From the NCBI GenBank assembly GCA_947167125.1, contig CAMVGT010000006.1, positions 14,191-78,190 of the forward strand: a stretch of 64,000 nucleotides of DNA, in the 5' to 3' direction. The notes beneath the pieces were generated by a model that was not told where the DNA came from, searched no databases, and saw only the letters and a program-made list of their open reading frames with translations. A program made the translations under genes and the position numbers. Positions 30,337 through 41,013 of this stretch are shown in pieces; within the stretch, counting starts at the first letter, position 1; every line of letters starts with the position of its first letter. The DNA is from an uncultured Erysipelotrichaceae bacterium (GTDB lineage Bacteria; Bacillota_I; Bacilli_A; Erysipelotrichales; Erysipelotrichaceae).

Positions 30337-30861
30337 ATGATCGAACTGAAACCATGGCCTCTGCGCTATGAAGTGATGAATGATCTCTACCGCAGGGTGG
30401 ATCAGAGCCATTGCCTGGTTCAGATCCCTGTTCCGCTTGAAAAGGAAAATACATTCCGCTATCTCAAGGCAGTGCAGACCGGCACATCCAACGGCAAAGA
30501 CCTTCTGGTCAGAGCGGTTTATCTTGAAGATTCCCTGATCGGCAAGATTGAACTGAGCCGCTATGAAAACAGGGCGGCTGAACTGGATATTGTGATCGTA
30601 AAGGAACATACTTCAAAAGGGTATGGGAAACAGGCACTGCAGAAGCTTGAGGAAGAAGTCAAAGAAACTGACTGGTGCACCGGCATCTATGCCTATGTGG
30701 ATACTGCCAATCTTGCATGCGGGAAAATGCTTGCAGGATGCGGCTATTCCATCGGACGCTTCTTTAACGCCAGTATTATGGTTCCGCAGAGCGGCAGCTA
30801 TGTATTCGGTGAACGGCGCGGATGCGAAATGCTGAAAAATTTTGAAGAGAGCACGCAGTAA
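30337..30861 (+). CDS. GNAT family acetyltransferase (RimJ/RimL-like)
   Basis: VKEHTSKGYGKQAL acetyl-CoA motif; VDTAN. Confidence 0.7.
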   Translation: MIELKPWPLRYEVMNDLYRRVDQSHCLVQIPVPLEKENTFRYLKAVQTGTSNGKDLLVRAVYLEDSLIGKIELSRYENRAAELDIVIVKEHTSKGYGKQALQKLEEEVKETDWCTGIYAYVDTANLACGKMLAGCGYSIGRFFNASIMVPQSGSYVFGERRGCEMLKNFEESTQ

Positions 30862-30899
30862 TGCGTGTTTTCTTTTGAATAATCGTGCGGAGGTGCAAC

Positions 30900-31622
30900 A
30901 TGGCATTGATCGCGGAATTGAATGAAAATGAAAAACCAAGAGAGAAAGCACTGCGCTATGGATTAAGATGTCTTTCCACGGCCGAGCTTCTCGCTCTGAT
31001 TTTGCGGACCGGAACCAAAGGACAGTCGGTACTGGAAACAGCAGAACAGCTGCTGAAGAAATCAAAAGGAATCAGCGGCATTCAGCGGATGAGCGTGAAT
31101 GAGCTTGCGTCCATCCGGGGAATCTCGAAAGTCAAAGCGGTTGAGCTTGCGGCATGTTTTGAAATCAGCAGGCGGGCGTTATGCGAAACAGCGATGGAAA
31201 GCGATGTCATGAACAGCCCGCAGGAAATCGTGCGGTGGCTGCAGAGCGAAATCGGAAATGAGCTGCAGGAAAAATTCATGGTACTGTATCTGGATACCCA
31301 TAACCGCATCATCAGCTGGAGAGTGCTGTTTGTCGGAACGATCAACCAGTCAGCAGTCTATCCCCGTGAAATCTTCCGGGAAGCGCTTTTATGCGGAAGC
31401 ACTCATTTGATTCTTGTCCATAATCATCCGGCAGGGGATCTGACCCCGAGCATGAATGATATCGCGATGACGCAGCGGATGATGGAAGCCGGCAGACTCA
31501 TGGGAGTGCGGGTTCTCGATCATCTGATCGTCACTTCTTCCGGATGGTATTCCATTGCCGCAGAAACCCTTGACGGCGGCATGGAACAGATGCGTAAAAA
31601 TGATATAATAAACAGAAGGTAA
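30900..31622 (+). CDS. radC: RadC/JAB-domain protein
   Basis: EKPREK, LSTAELLALILRTG, GISKVKA, HNHPAGD, VLDHLIV. Confidence 0.94.
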   Translation: MALIAELNENEKPREKALRYGLRCLSTAELLALILRTGTKGQSVLETAEQLLKKSKGISGIQRMSVNELASIRGISKVKAVELAACFEISRRALCETAMESDVMNSPQEIVRWLQSEIGNELQEKFMVLYLDTHNRIISWRVLFVGTINQSAVYPREIFREALLCGSTHLILVHNHPAGDLTPSMNDIAMTQRMMEAGRLMGVRVLDHLIVTSSGWYSIAAETLDGGMEQMRKNDIINRR

Positions 31623-31626
31623 TACT

Positions 31627-32736
31627 ATGTCTTTTATTGCGAGGTTAACAGAAAAACTGAGAGACGATCTTTCCGTCAGGGGATTGATCCGGATTGTGCT
31701 GTTATTGTTGGTGGTTCTGCTGCTGCAGTTAACAGCAGGATTCTGGAGCGGACTGCTGCACAAGGTCTGGTATTGTATCCGTCCGTTTGTGATCGGCTTT
31801 GTGATTGCCTATATCATGCATGACGCAATCGGATTCGGGGAAAAGCACGGGATATCGCGCAAGATCATGATTCCGGCACTTTACCTTCTGCTGCTGGGAT
31901 TATTGATCTGGCTTGCGGCTTCTCTGATCCCGATGCTGATCAACCGGCTTTCGGATTTTATGAATTCTTTGATCGGTGCCGTGCGGTGGATCCGGTCATT
32001 TGTCTATGAGCACTATACCGGAGACGCGTCATGGGTCACACAGATGTTTGATGCGTCGATTGAAACACTGACCGATGTCAAAGGGCTGATTCCCGGTGTT
32101 TCTTCAGCGCTTCCGGAACTGGTTTCCACAGCGCTCGGAACGCTGATTATCACGCTGCTTTCGATGATTATTTCGATCTTCATGTGCTTTGAATGGGAAA
32201 AGATCCGCTATTACACCGTATTGATCACAAGACGCATCTCAAAGCAGTTCTATGAATGCGTCTTTGAAATCGATGAAGAAATATCGGATTACCTGCGCTC
32301 TATGGCAGCCCTGATGGTGATCCGCTCGGTTGAATATTCACTGCTGTATCTGCTTGTCGGCCATCCCGACTGGCTGATTCTCGGCATCGCGTCTTCCGTC
32401 TCATTGATCATTCCGTATGTCGGTCCGACATCGGTCAATGTCATCGGTATCCTGACGGCGCTGCAGCTGCCGTATTCCAGCATTCTGATCCTGATCGGCA
32501 TGATTATGCTGCTGAGTCAGCTTGATGAATATGTCATCACCCCGATGGTCCATTCGCGCAATCTCAAACTTTCGCCGCTCTGGACACTGTTTTCCATCTT
32601 CTGTGCGAGCACACTGCTCGGGTTTGCCGGTTTTGTGACGGCGGTGCCGGGCTATCTTGTTGTAAGGGTGATCCTGAGAAGATATTTCAAAGACGAAGAA
32701 GAACTCGTGCAGAAACCTGCCGTGGAGGAGTCATGA
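31627..32736 (+). CDS. AI-2E (PerM-like) family transporter
   Basis: Multi-TM, LIIPYVGP, YVITPMVHSRNLKLSP. Confidence 0.85.
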   Translation: MSFIARLTEKLRDDLSVRGLIRIVLLLLVVLLLQLTAGFWSGLLHKVWYCIRPFVIGFVIAYIMHDAIGFGEKHGISRKIMIPALYLLLLGLLIWLAASLIPMLINRLSDFMNSLIGAVRWIRSFVYEHYTGDASWVTQMFDASIETLTDVKGLIPGVSSALPELVSTALGTLIITLLSMIISIFMCFEWEKIRYYTVLITRRISKQFYECVFEIDEEISDYLRSMAALMVIRSVEYSLLYLLVGHPDWLILGIASSVSLIIPYVGPTSVNVIGILTALQLPYSSILILIGMIMLLSQLDEYVITPMVHSRNLKLSPLWTLFSIFCASTLLGFAGFVTAVPGYLVVRVILRRYFKDEEELVQKPAVEES

Positions 32737-33812
32737 AGAACAAACTGCTGTGCGTGTTATGCGCATTGATGATTGCCGTCAGCACGGGATGTGCCAATGT
32801 CAGAAACGGCATCGCCTATACCGTTTATCCGATCGGCTATCTGATTCAGAGACTTGCCGGCAATACCGTGCAGTCCGTGTCTCTGCAGGATGACACCACA
32901 ATCGTGCAGCGGGCACAGATCCGTGATGATTATGAATCCATTCTTTCCAAATACGCGATTCTGTTCCATATCGGCGATCTTGAACCGTATCTTACCGTTT
33001 ACGGAAATGAAATCAGTGAAAGCGGTATTGTGCGCAATGATCTTTCCACACTGAACGCGGTTTATCCTTTCAAGCGCTATACCCAGGTAATTACCGACGG
33101 TGTGGTCAGCTTTGTGGAATCGCCGTATTACAAAGGGGAAGAATTCAATTCGGTCGATATGAATACGCTGGATCTGTATCTCTGGAACGACCCGATCGCG
33201 ATGCTTTCAATGGCAAAGGATATTTATCAGTATCTGGTCAGAACCTATCCGGAAAACGAAACGCTTTTCAAGGAAAATCTCGATAAGCTGGAAGCTGATC
33301 TGATCAATCTTGACGCCCAGTATCAGAACCTCGCGACTTCGCTTCTTGCCAATTCCCAGCAGATCCGCTTTGTCTCAATGACGGCAAGCTTCGGCAACTG
33401 GCAGAAGACTTACGGATTCCAGGTCTACCCGGTCATTCTTTCAAGATTCGGCGTACTGCCGGATGAGAAGCAGCTGGAAATCATCAAGAGCAGAATCCTG
33501 CAGGATGATGTCCGCTTTATCGTCTATGAACCGAATATGAGCGAGGACATGATCGCTCTGTTTGACCGTCTGGAAAGCGAACTGATGCTTACAAGAGTCG
33601 AGCTCAGCAATCTTTCTTCACTGACCGAAGCGGAGATTGCCGAAGGCAAGGATTATCTTTCACTGATGTATGAAAACCTCAGTGTGCTGGAAACCATGAA
33701 AACGGCAAGAGCCAGCGAACAGAACACGCTTCCGGTCACGGAAGAAGACGCTCCCGAAGCATCGGATGAAGAAGTATCAGAAGATGCCGAAGGCGTACAG
33801 GATGGAGAATAA
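32733..33812 (+). CDS. ZnuA/TroA-fold substrate-binding lipoprotein lacking canonical His ligands
   Basis: Lipobox STG-C20. IAYTVYPI..RLAG, DLYLWNDP and FVSMTASFGNW align by eye to ZnuA/AdcA motifs. Confidence 0.7.
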   Translation: MKNKLLCVLCALMIAVSTGCANVRNGIAYTVYPIGYLIQRLAGNTVQSVSLQDDTTIVQRAQIRDDYESILSKYAILFHIGDLEPYLTVYGNEISESGIVRNDLSTLNAVYPFKRYTQVITDGVVSFVESPYYKGEEFNSVDMNTLDLYLWNDPIAMLSMAKDIYQYLVRTYPENETLFKENLDKLEADLINLDAQYQNLATSLLANSQQIRFVSMTASFGNWQKTYGFQVYPVILSRFGVLPDEKQLEIIKSRILQDDVRFIVYEPNMSEDMIALFDRLESELMLTRVELSNLSSLTEAEIAEGKDYLSLMYENLSVLETMKTARASEQNTLPVTEEDAPEASDEEVSEDAEGVQDGE

Positions 33813-36439
33813 TGATGAAGAAACTGATGATTGCGGATGGCAATTCCATGCTGTTCCGTGCATATTACGCAACCGCATACGGAAGGCCGATGACCACAAA
33901 AGAAGGTCTGCCGACCAATGCCGTATTCGGATTTGTGCAGATGGTGCAGAAAGCCATTGAAACAGTCGGACCGGATTCGCTGCTGATTGCGTTTGACGCC
34001 GGCAAGCATACATTCCGGCATGATATCTATCCCGAATACAAAGGCGGCAGAAAACCGGCACCGGATGATCTGGTACCCCAGTTTCAGATGGTCAGGGACT
34101 GCCTTGACGCATTCGGAATCAAATGGGTGGAAATGCCCGATATCGAAGCCGACGATCTGATCGGTACAGTTTCAAAGAAAAACCCCGATTTCAATACCTA
34201 TATTCTGACCAGCGACCATGACATGCTGCAGCTGATTGATGATACAACTTCCGTTCTGCTCATGAAAAAGGGCATCACCGAAATGGATCTGATGACCCCG
34301 GCAGTATTAAAGGAAGAGATGGGAATCGAACCGCTGCAGATCATTGATATGAAGGGTCTGATGGGGGATAAGAGCGACAACATTCCGGGCATTGCCGGCA
34401 TCGGAGAAAAGACGGCATTAAAGCTTCTTCAGCAGTACGGCACCGTCGAAGAAGTCCTTGCCCATGAAGATGAACTCAAAGGCGCATTATATAAAAAGAT
34501 TTCAGGCGGCCATGAATCGGCGCTGCTTTCCAAGAAACTGGCAACGATCAGACGCGATGTGGAAGTTGATATGGACGCGGATGATCTTCTCTTCCATCCC
34601 GATTATCCTTCTCTGATCGCCTTCCTGCGCACACTGGATATGAACGCTCTGGCTTCCCGGTTTGAAGAAATCGCTGCTTCTTATAACGGACAGACGCAGC
34701 AGACAGCCGAAGAAGAAATGAAGGAGATCACATTCACACGTGTTTCGGAAGTTCCTTCCTTCTTCTATGAAAAGCCGTTCAGTGTGTTTGTCGATGGAGA
34801 AAATGCATTTTTCCTGGAAGCGGACATTCACGGTTTCGGTATCAGCGACGGCACATCATCCGTTTATATTTCACTTGAAGACGCAAAGAATGACGCTGCG
34901 CTTCTGAAAGCGCTGGCGGATGAATCTTCTGAAAAGATCGGTTTTGATATCAAGCGGGCAATGCATTTATGCAGAAAAGCCGGCATCGAAATCAAATGGC
35001 ATGATGACGCAATGATCCTTGCGGCGCTTTCCGATTCCACACTGACTTCGGAAGATAAGATCTTTGAGCATTATGAAATGAGCACATCGGTCAGCTATGA
35101 AGATGTCTACGGAAAGCCGAATAAACCGGTTCTTTTCGCGGATGAAGAAAAGCAGACTGCATATGGAGCAGAAAGCGCAAAGAATATTTTCGATCTGAAA
35201 ACCAGAGCGATGGAAGTGATCCGTTCCTTTAAAATGGAAAAGCTCTATGAAGAAATGGAAATGCCGCTGACTTCGATTCTGTTTGAGATGGAAGAAGAAG
35301 GAATCCGCTGTGAAATGGATATCCTGGATGAGATCGCACAGCGCACACTGGCTGAAATCGAAAAGGAACAGGCGGAAATCTGGCGCCTTGCGGGAAAGGA
35401 ATTCAATATCAATTCCCCCAAGCAGCTCGGCGATATCTTATATGATGATCTCGGACTTCCTTCCGGCAAAAAGCGTTCCACTTCGGCTGACAAGCTGGAA
35501 AAGCTGGCTGGCGAACATGAAATCATTCCGCATATTCTGACTTACCGCAAGCTTTCCAAAATCTACAGCACTTATGCGGAAGGCCTCAAGAAGTATATTT
35601 ACAAAGACGGACGTATCCATACGGTCTACAATCAGTGTGCAACCCAGACCGGACGTCTTTCCTCCAGTGAACCGAATCTGCAGAATATCAGTGTCCGCGA
35701 TGAGCAGGGCCGTGAAATCCGCAGGGCATTCCTGCCGGATGAAGGCTGTGTGCTGATTTCCAGCGACTATCATCAGATTGAACTGCGTATGCTGGCGGAT
35801 ATGGCGGATGAAAAGAGCCTGATTGAAGCTTTCAACTCCGGCATTGATATTCATACCAAAACCGCGATGGACGTCTTTGACAAGACGGAAGAGGAAGTTA
35901 CGCCTGCTGACCGCCGAAGCGCGAAGACCGTCAATTTCGGCATTGTCTACGGAATTTCCGATTTCGGCCTTGCCGAACAGCTCGGTGTTTCCCGCTGGGA
36001 AGCAGCTGACTTCATTGACCGCTATTATGAAAAATATCCGGGAATCCGGACCTATATGAAATCACTTGTTTCCTTCTGCGAAAAGAACGGCTATGTCGAA
36101 ACGCTTTCCGGACGCAGAAGAGAAATTCCGGAAATCAAAAATCCGAACCGCATGGTCCGTGAATTCGGCAAGCGTGCCGCAATGAACGCGCCGATTCAGG
36201 GATCGGCAGCCGATCTGATCAAGATCGCGATGATCCATATCGACGATATGATGAAAAAAGCAGGTGTAAAGAGCAGAATGATCCTGCAGGTTCATGACGA
36301 ACTGATTTTCAATGTTCCGGAAGAAGAAATCGAAACGATGAAGGAACTGATCCGCGACGGCATGGAGAACGCGATGAAACTCAAGGTTCCTCTGAGCGCT
36401 GAATGCGCGATCGGAAAGACCTGGTACGAGGCCAAGTAA
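33812..36439 (+). CDS. polA: DNA polymerase I
   Basis: ADGNSMLFRAYY, EADDLIG, LMGDKSDNIPG, TGRLSSSEPNLQNI, AKTVNFGIVYG, QVHDEL. Confidence 0.98.
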   Translation: MMKKLMIADGNSMLFRAYYATAYGRPMTTKEGLPTNAVFGFVQMVQKAIETVGPDSLLIAFDAGKHTFRHDIYPEYKGGRKPAPDDLVPQFQMVRDCLDAFGIKWVEMPDIEADDLIGTVSKKNPDFNTYILTSDHDMLQLIDDTTSVLLMKKGITEMDLMTPAVLKEEMGIEPLQIIDMKGLMGDKSDNIPGIAGIGEKTALKLLQQYGTVEEVLAHEDELKGALYKKISGGHESALLSKKLATIRRDVEVDMDADDLLFHPDYPSLIAFLRTLDMNALASRFEEIAASYNGQTQQTAEEEMKEITFTRVSEVPSFFYEKPFSVFVDGENAFFLEADIHGFGISDGTSSVYISLEDAKNDAALLKALADESSEKIGFDIKRAMHLCRKAGIEIKWHDDAMILAALSDSTLTSEDKIFEHYEMSTSVSYEDVYGKPNKPVLFADEEKQTAYGAESAKNIFDLKTRAMEVIRSFKMEKLYEEMEMPLTSILFEMEEEGIRCEMDILDEIAQRTLAEIEKEQAEIWRLAGKEFNINSPKQLGDILYDDLGLPSGKKRSTSADKLEKLAGEHEIIPHILTYRKLSKIYSTYAEGLKKYIYKDGRIHTVYNQCATQTGRLSSSEPNLQNISVRDEQGREIRRAFLPDEGCVLISSDYHQIELRMLADMADEKSLIEAFNSGIDIHTKTAMDVFDKTEEEVTPADRRSAKTVNFGIVYGISDFGLAEQLGVSRWEAADFIDRYYEKYPGIRTYMKSLVSFCEKNGYVETLSGRRREIPEIKNPNRMVREFGKRAAMNAPIQGSAADLIKIAMIHIDDMMKKAGVKSRMILQVHDELIFNVPEEEIETMKELIRDGMENAMKLKVPLSAECAIGKTWYEAK

Positions 36440-37246
36440 ATGCCGGAACTTCCTGAAGTTGAAACGGTTGTCAGAACCCTTGAGCATCTGATCAAAGACG
36501 CATGTATCGATCATGTGCAGATTCTCTATCCGAAAATGATCGAAGGGGACAGAGATGACTTCTGCAGAAAGCTGGAAGGAGAACATTTCCGCCGCTTTGA
36601 AAGAAGGGGGAAATATCTCATCTTCCGGATGGATCATGTGACGCTTGTCTCCCATCTGCGCATGGAAGGAAAGTATTATGTACAGCAGCCCGAAGAACCG
36701 TATGACCGCCATATTCATGTGATCTTTTCACTGAAAGACGGCAGGCAGCTGCGCTATCGGGATACCCGGAAATTCGGACGGATGTTCATTACTGATATTG
36801 ATGAGGATTTCAGCCATTTCAACGATCTTGGCCCGGAGCCCTTTGATGAAGCATTCAATGCGGCCTATGTCCGTTCTTTCCGCAAAGGAAAGAAGCAGCC
36901 GCTGAAATCGATGCTGCTGGACCAGTCCTTTACCGCCGGAATCGGCAATATCTATGCAGATGAAATCCTTTCCGCCTGCGGTTTAAGGCCTGGCAGATCC
37001 TGTGCCCGCATCACGAAAAAGGATGAAGAAAACATCGTCAATGAGACAAGAAGAATCCTGTCTGAAGCGATTGCGATGGGCGGCACAACCATCCGCACCT
37101 ATACTTCTTCTCTCGGGGTAACGGGAATGTTCCAGAACGACTGCTGCGTGCATTCGCAGAAGATCTGCAGAAGATGCGGCAGTGAAATTCATGTCAAACG
37201 GATCGGCGGACGTTCAAGCTACTACTGTCCGCATTGTCAGAAATAA
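36440..37246 (+). CDS. mutM: Formamidopyrimidine-DNA glycosylase
   Basis: MPELPEVETV, HLRMEG, GIGNIYADE, C-terminal zinc finger. Confidence 0.97.
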   Translation: MPELPEVETVVRTLEHLIKDACIDHVQILYPKMIEGDRDDFCRKLEGEHFRRFERRGKYLIFRMDHVTLVSHLRMEGKYYVQQPEEPYDRHIHVIFSLKDGRQLRYRDTRKFGRMFITDIDEDFSHFNDLGPEPFDEAFNAAYVRSFRKGKKQPLKSMLLDQSFTAGIGNIYADEILSACGLRPGRSCARITKKDEENIVNETRRILSEAIAMGGTTIRTYTSSLGVTGMFQNDCCVHSQKICRRCGSEIHVKRIGGRSSYYCPHCQK

Positions 37247-37264
37247 GAAAGGAGCAGGAAAGAT

Positions 37265-37879
37265 ATGATTAAAATCGGAGTGGCCGGAACAATCGCGTCC
37301 GGCAAGACAACCGTATCGATTCTTTTAAAACGCAGGGGCTTTCCTGTATTCAACAGCGATCAGTACGCTAAGATGGCCCTGCATCCAAACAATCCCTGTT
37401 TTGAAAAGATTGTGAACCGCTTCGGAAAAGAAGTGATCGGCGAAGACGGAAGAATCAGTTCATCCGCGCTTGCCGGCATCATCTTTCATGATGATCAGGC
37501 AAGGGAAGATCTGAACGCAATCACCCATCCTTATGTGAAGGAAGGCCTTCTGAAATTCTTTGAACGCAATCAGGAGATTCCGGCAGTCTTTGCCGAAGTG
37601 CCGCTGCTGTTTGATGCCGGCTGGCAGGACCTGTTCGATCATACACTGGTCATTACATGTTCCAGGGAAACAGCAGTGAAGAGAATGATGGAAGACCGCG
37701 ATTATACGCAAGAAGAGGCCAATGCCCGCTATGACAGCCAGATGGATCCCGCAAAGCAATGCGCAATGGCTGACAAAGTCATTTATAATGACGGATCGCT
37801 GGAGGAACTGGATCATCAGATCAATCTGTATATCCGCGATCTGAGAAAGGAGATCCGCCATGGCAGCGCAGGCGACTGA
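37265..37879 (+). CDS. coaE: Dephospho-CoA kinase
   Basis: GTIASGKTTV, LNAITHP, EVPLLFD. Confidence 0.95.
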   Translation: MIKIGVAGTIASGKTTVSILLKRRGFPVFNSDQYAKMALHPNNPCFEKIVNRFGKEVIGEDGRISSSALAGIIFHDDQAREDLNAITHPYVKEGLLKFFERNQEIPAVFAEVPLLFDAGWQDLFDHTLVITCSRETAVKRMMEDRDYTQEEANARYDSQMDPAKQCAMADKVIYNDGSLEELDHQINLYIRDLRKEIRHGSAGD

Positions 37880-39053
37880 TACCTACCGGTGTGAACTTAA
37901 CGGCGGCATCTCATTTGATTCCATCCGCTGCCTGATGGAATTCTATCAGCCGCTGATTACGCCGCAGGCCGCTGTTCTGTATCTGACCATGGCATCGGAA
38001 GCAGGCACGGAGCTGAGCGGACGCAGCCATATGCGGCTGTTCACTCTGACATCCCTGGATCCGCTTGCCTTTGACCGGGCGCTTGCGAAGCTGGAAGAAT
38101 TCATGCTGGTAAAAGTATGGTGCCGGAAGGTGAATGACAGCGCATCCTACATCTATCTTCTCAATACGCCGATGAGCACAGCGAACTTTGCGGCTTCATC
38201 GTTATATATGAACCGTTTCCGCCAGACTGTTTCCGCTGAAATTGCCGATACAGCACTTTTGCTTGTCGCAGGCGGTTCGCTTTCCACCCAGGGCTATCAG
38301 GACATCACCCGCGCGGCTGTATGGAAATCTGACATCACGGAAACCGAAGAAGAAAAAACGGTCAGACCGAACTACCGCTTCTCAATTGAGGATGATACGA
38401 CGATCCGCTTTGATTATGAACATTTCATTTCATCCACAAGCGCGCTTGTCTTCCCGGTTGAATTGAGAACACGCGAGAATCTGGCATTGATCGGAAAGCT
38501 TGCGACTGTATACGGCTTAAGCGCGGATCAGATGCGTGTTCTTGTATCAAGATGCGTCAATCTCAGCACGATGGAATTCAACAGCGAGAGGCTCAGGATT
38601 CTGGCTTCCCGCAGTGAACCGGAAGTGAAGAATGCGGAAGATATTTACAGTCTTTCTCCGGTATCCTTCCTGCAGTCAAAGCAGAACGGCGCCGAAGTTA
38701 CAATGACGGATAAAAAGCTGATTGAGCATCTTGCGATGGATATGAATTTTCCCAACGAGGTCATCAATGTCATGCTTGAATATGTTCTTTCTGTCAGCTC
38801 CAACCGGCTCAATCCGAAATTTGTCGATATGGTTGCCGGCGAATGGGCAAGGGATGGCATTGCGACAAAGGAACAGGCGCTGCTTGAAACTAAGAAGAAA
38901 CCGCGCAAGAGCAGCGGCGGAAAGCAGAATATCAAAATCGATATGCCGGAATATATCCGTCAGCAGCAGGAGGGCACACTGCCCAAATCCAGAAAAGCAA
39001 CACAGGAAACACTCGACGCAGTCAGGGAACTGCAGAATAAGATGAAGGACTAG
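37860..39053 (+). CDS. dnaB: Bacillota helicase-loader DnaB (replication initiation/membrane attachment protein)
   Basis: FYQPLI..QA..LYL, LEEFML, VINVMLEYVL...W..GI DnaD-like domains; coaE-dnaB-dnaI order. Confidence 0.85.
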   Translation: MAAQATDTYRCELNGGISFDSIRCLMEFYQPLITPQAAVLYLTMASEAGTELSGRSHMRLFTLTSLDPLAFDRALAKLEEFMLVKVWCRKVNDSASYIYLLNTPMSTANFAASSLYMNRFRQTVSAEIADTALLLVAGGSLSTQGYQDITRAAVWKSDITETEEEKTVRPNYRFSIEDDTTIRFDYEHFISSTSALVFPVELRTRENLALIGKLATVYGLSADQMRVLVSRCVNLSTMEFNSERLRILASRSEPEVKNAEDIYSLSPVSFLQSKQNGAEVTMTDKKLIEHLAMDMNFPNEVINVMLEYVLSVSSNRLNPKFVDMVAGEWARDGIATKEQALLETKKKPRKSSGGKQNIKIDMPEYIRQQQEGTLPKSRKATQETLDAVRELQNKMKD

Positions 39054-39056
39054 TAT

Positions 39057-39971
39057 ATGGAAAAGCCGTCATTCAATCAGATTTCACAGACAGAAAAGCA
39101 GAAGCAGGATACGGAAAAGCTGATCGGTCAGTTAAGGGACAATCCGGCCATCCAGTATCTGTTCCGCCGCAATGAAATCCCCGAACGGTATCTTGAAATA
39201 TCACCCTGGCGCTTGCGGCAGTGGCTGATTGATTTCAAACCGTGCCAGGGCTGCAAAGGAATGGAATTCTGCGGTCAGAAGACAAAAGGCTATTTTACAA
39301 ATCTCACCTATGACGGCATGTTGAAGACTGAAATCACGCCATGCCGTTTCATGAAGGCAAAACTCAAAGCGGAAGCGCATAAGGAAATGTATCTGGTTTC
39401 CGATCTGCCTGACAGGCTTTTAACGGCAAGTTTCCGCAATATCCGCACTGCGGAAGAGGAAGAAGACTACCTTCTGGTACTGCATACGGCAATGCAGCTG
39501 TCAAATGACTATCATGGACTCTATCTTCATGGTACGATGGGAAGCGGGAAGACCTATCTTGCGGCATGCGCATGCAATGAACATGCGCGCAATGGCGAGA
39601 AGGTCGCCTTCATTCATTATCCTTCCTTCTGTCAGCGCATGGCTTCGATGATGACAAGCGGGGAATACCGCGATGAAATCCGCCGCATGCAGTATGCGGA
39701 GTTTGCGGTCATCGATGATATCGGTGCCGAAAGCGTGACCGAATGGAACCGCGATTCAATTCTGCTTCCGATTCTCAATGCCCGCTATGAGAAGGGGCTT
39801 GCGACCTGGTTTACATCAAACTGCGATATCGCAAGTCTTCGGATTCATTATTCTTTCTCAAACCGCGGCAAGCAGGAAGAGCTCAAGGCAGCCCGCATTA
39901 TCGAGCGGATTGAGTCGATGTGCGAAGTGGTTGCGCTTACAGGCGAAGACAGACGTTTCAAAAACAGATAA
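39057..39971 (+). CDS. dnaI: Primosomal protein DnaI
   Basis: CQGC..C zinc site, GLYLHGTMGSGKTYL, DDIGAE, FTSN. Confidence 0.92.
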   Translation: MEKPSFNQISQTEKQKQDTEKLIGQLRDNPAIQYLFRRNEIPERYLEISPWRLRQWLIDFKPCQGCKGMEFCGQKTKGYFTNLTYDGMLKTEITPCRFMKAKLKAEAHKEMYLVSDLPDRLLTASFRNIRTAEEEEDYLLVLHTAMQLSNDYHGLYLHGTMGSGKTYLAACACNEHARNGEKVAFIHYPSFCQRMASMMTSGEYRDEIRRMQYAEFAVIDDIGAESVTEWNRDSILLPILNARYEKGLATWFTSNCDIASLRIHYSFSNRGKQEELKAARIIERIESMCEVVALTGEDRRFKNR

Positions 39972-40035
39972 ATGGAAAATACAGCTTTCACCAGCTGGTA
40001 AATAGTGCTAAGATCATTGGCGTTTGGAGGAAAAT

Positions 40036-40998
40036 ATGGTCAGAAAAATCGGTGTACTTACTTCAGGCGGTGACGCGCCGGGAATGAACTCGGCGATCCG
40101 TGCCGTGACAAGAATCGCTCTGAACAACGGAGTGGAAGTCGTCGGTGTGCAGAACGGCTACCGCGGACTTCTCGAAGAAACATTCATTCCGCTTGACCGC
40201 CGGTCTGTGTCAGACACACTTGACCGCGGCGGTACATTCCTGGGGTCTGCGCGTCTTCCTGAATTCAAGGAAGATGAGATTCAGGAAAAATGCGTCAAGC
40301 ATATGAAGAGAAGCGGGATTGACGCGCTCGTCGTCATCGGCGGCGACGGTTCCTACCGCGGCGCATTGGCACTGACAAGAAGAGGCATCAACTGCATCGG
40401 CCTGCCCGGTACAATCGATAACGATATTCCGGGAACCGATCAGACTATCGGTTTTGATTCCGCACTGCATACATGCGTGGAGAATGTCGACAAGCTGCGC
40501 GATACATCGAGCTCGCATCACAGATGTTCCATCGTGGAGGTCATGGGCAACCACTGCGGCGACCTGGCGCTTTATACAGCGATTTCATGCGGCGCTGAAA
40601 TGGTGATTTCACCGGAGACCGGCTACGATGAAAAAGAAGTTCTTGAACGTCTGAGATATCTTGGCAACGCGGTCAGAAAGAACCACGCGATTGTGATCAT
40701 TTCGGAAAAGATCACCGATGTCGAGGCGCTCGCGAAGAAGGTTTCCCTGCATACCGAATTCAGCGGCAGGGCAACTGTTCTCGGCCATATTCAGAGAGGC
40801 GGATCGCCTACTCCTGCAGACAGAATGCTGGCGAGCCGTATGGGCGAGAAAGCAGTTGATCTGTTAATGGAAGGAATCGGCGGACAGTGTGTCGGCATTA
40901 TCGATAACCAGCTGACCGCAATGCCGATCCAGGAAGCTCTGGAAAGACCCAAAGCAAGCAGAAAGCATCTGTACCGTCTGTTCGATCGCCTTATCTAA
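40036..40998 (+). CDS. pfkA: 6-phosphofructokinase
   Basis: GVLTSGGDAPGMN, IGGDGSY, PGTIDNDI, VEVMG, LGHIQRGG. Confidence 0.98.
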   Translation: MVRKIGVLTSGGDAPGMNSAIRAVTRIALNNGVEVVGVQNGYRGLLEETFIPLDRRSVSDTLDRGGTFLGSARLPEFKEDEIQEKCVKHMKRSGIDALVVIGGDGSYRGALALTRRGINCIGLPGTIDNDIPGTDQTIGFDSALHTCVENVDKLRDTSSSHHRCSIVEVMGNHCGDLALYTAISCGAEMVISPETGYDEKEVLERLRYLGNAVRKNHAIVIISEKITDVEALAKKVSLHTEFSGRATVLGHIQRGGSPTPADRMLASRMGEKAVDLLMEGIGGQCVGIIDNQLTAMPIQEALERPKASRKHLYRLFDRLI

Positions 40999-41013
40999 GG
41001 AGATTGTATTTGA

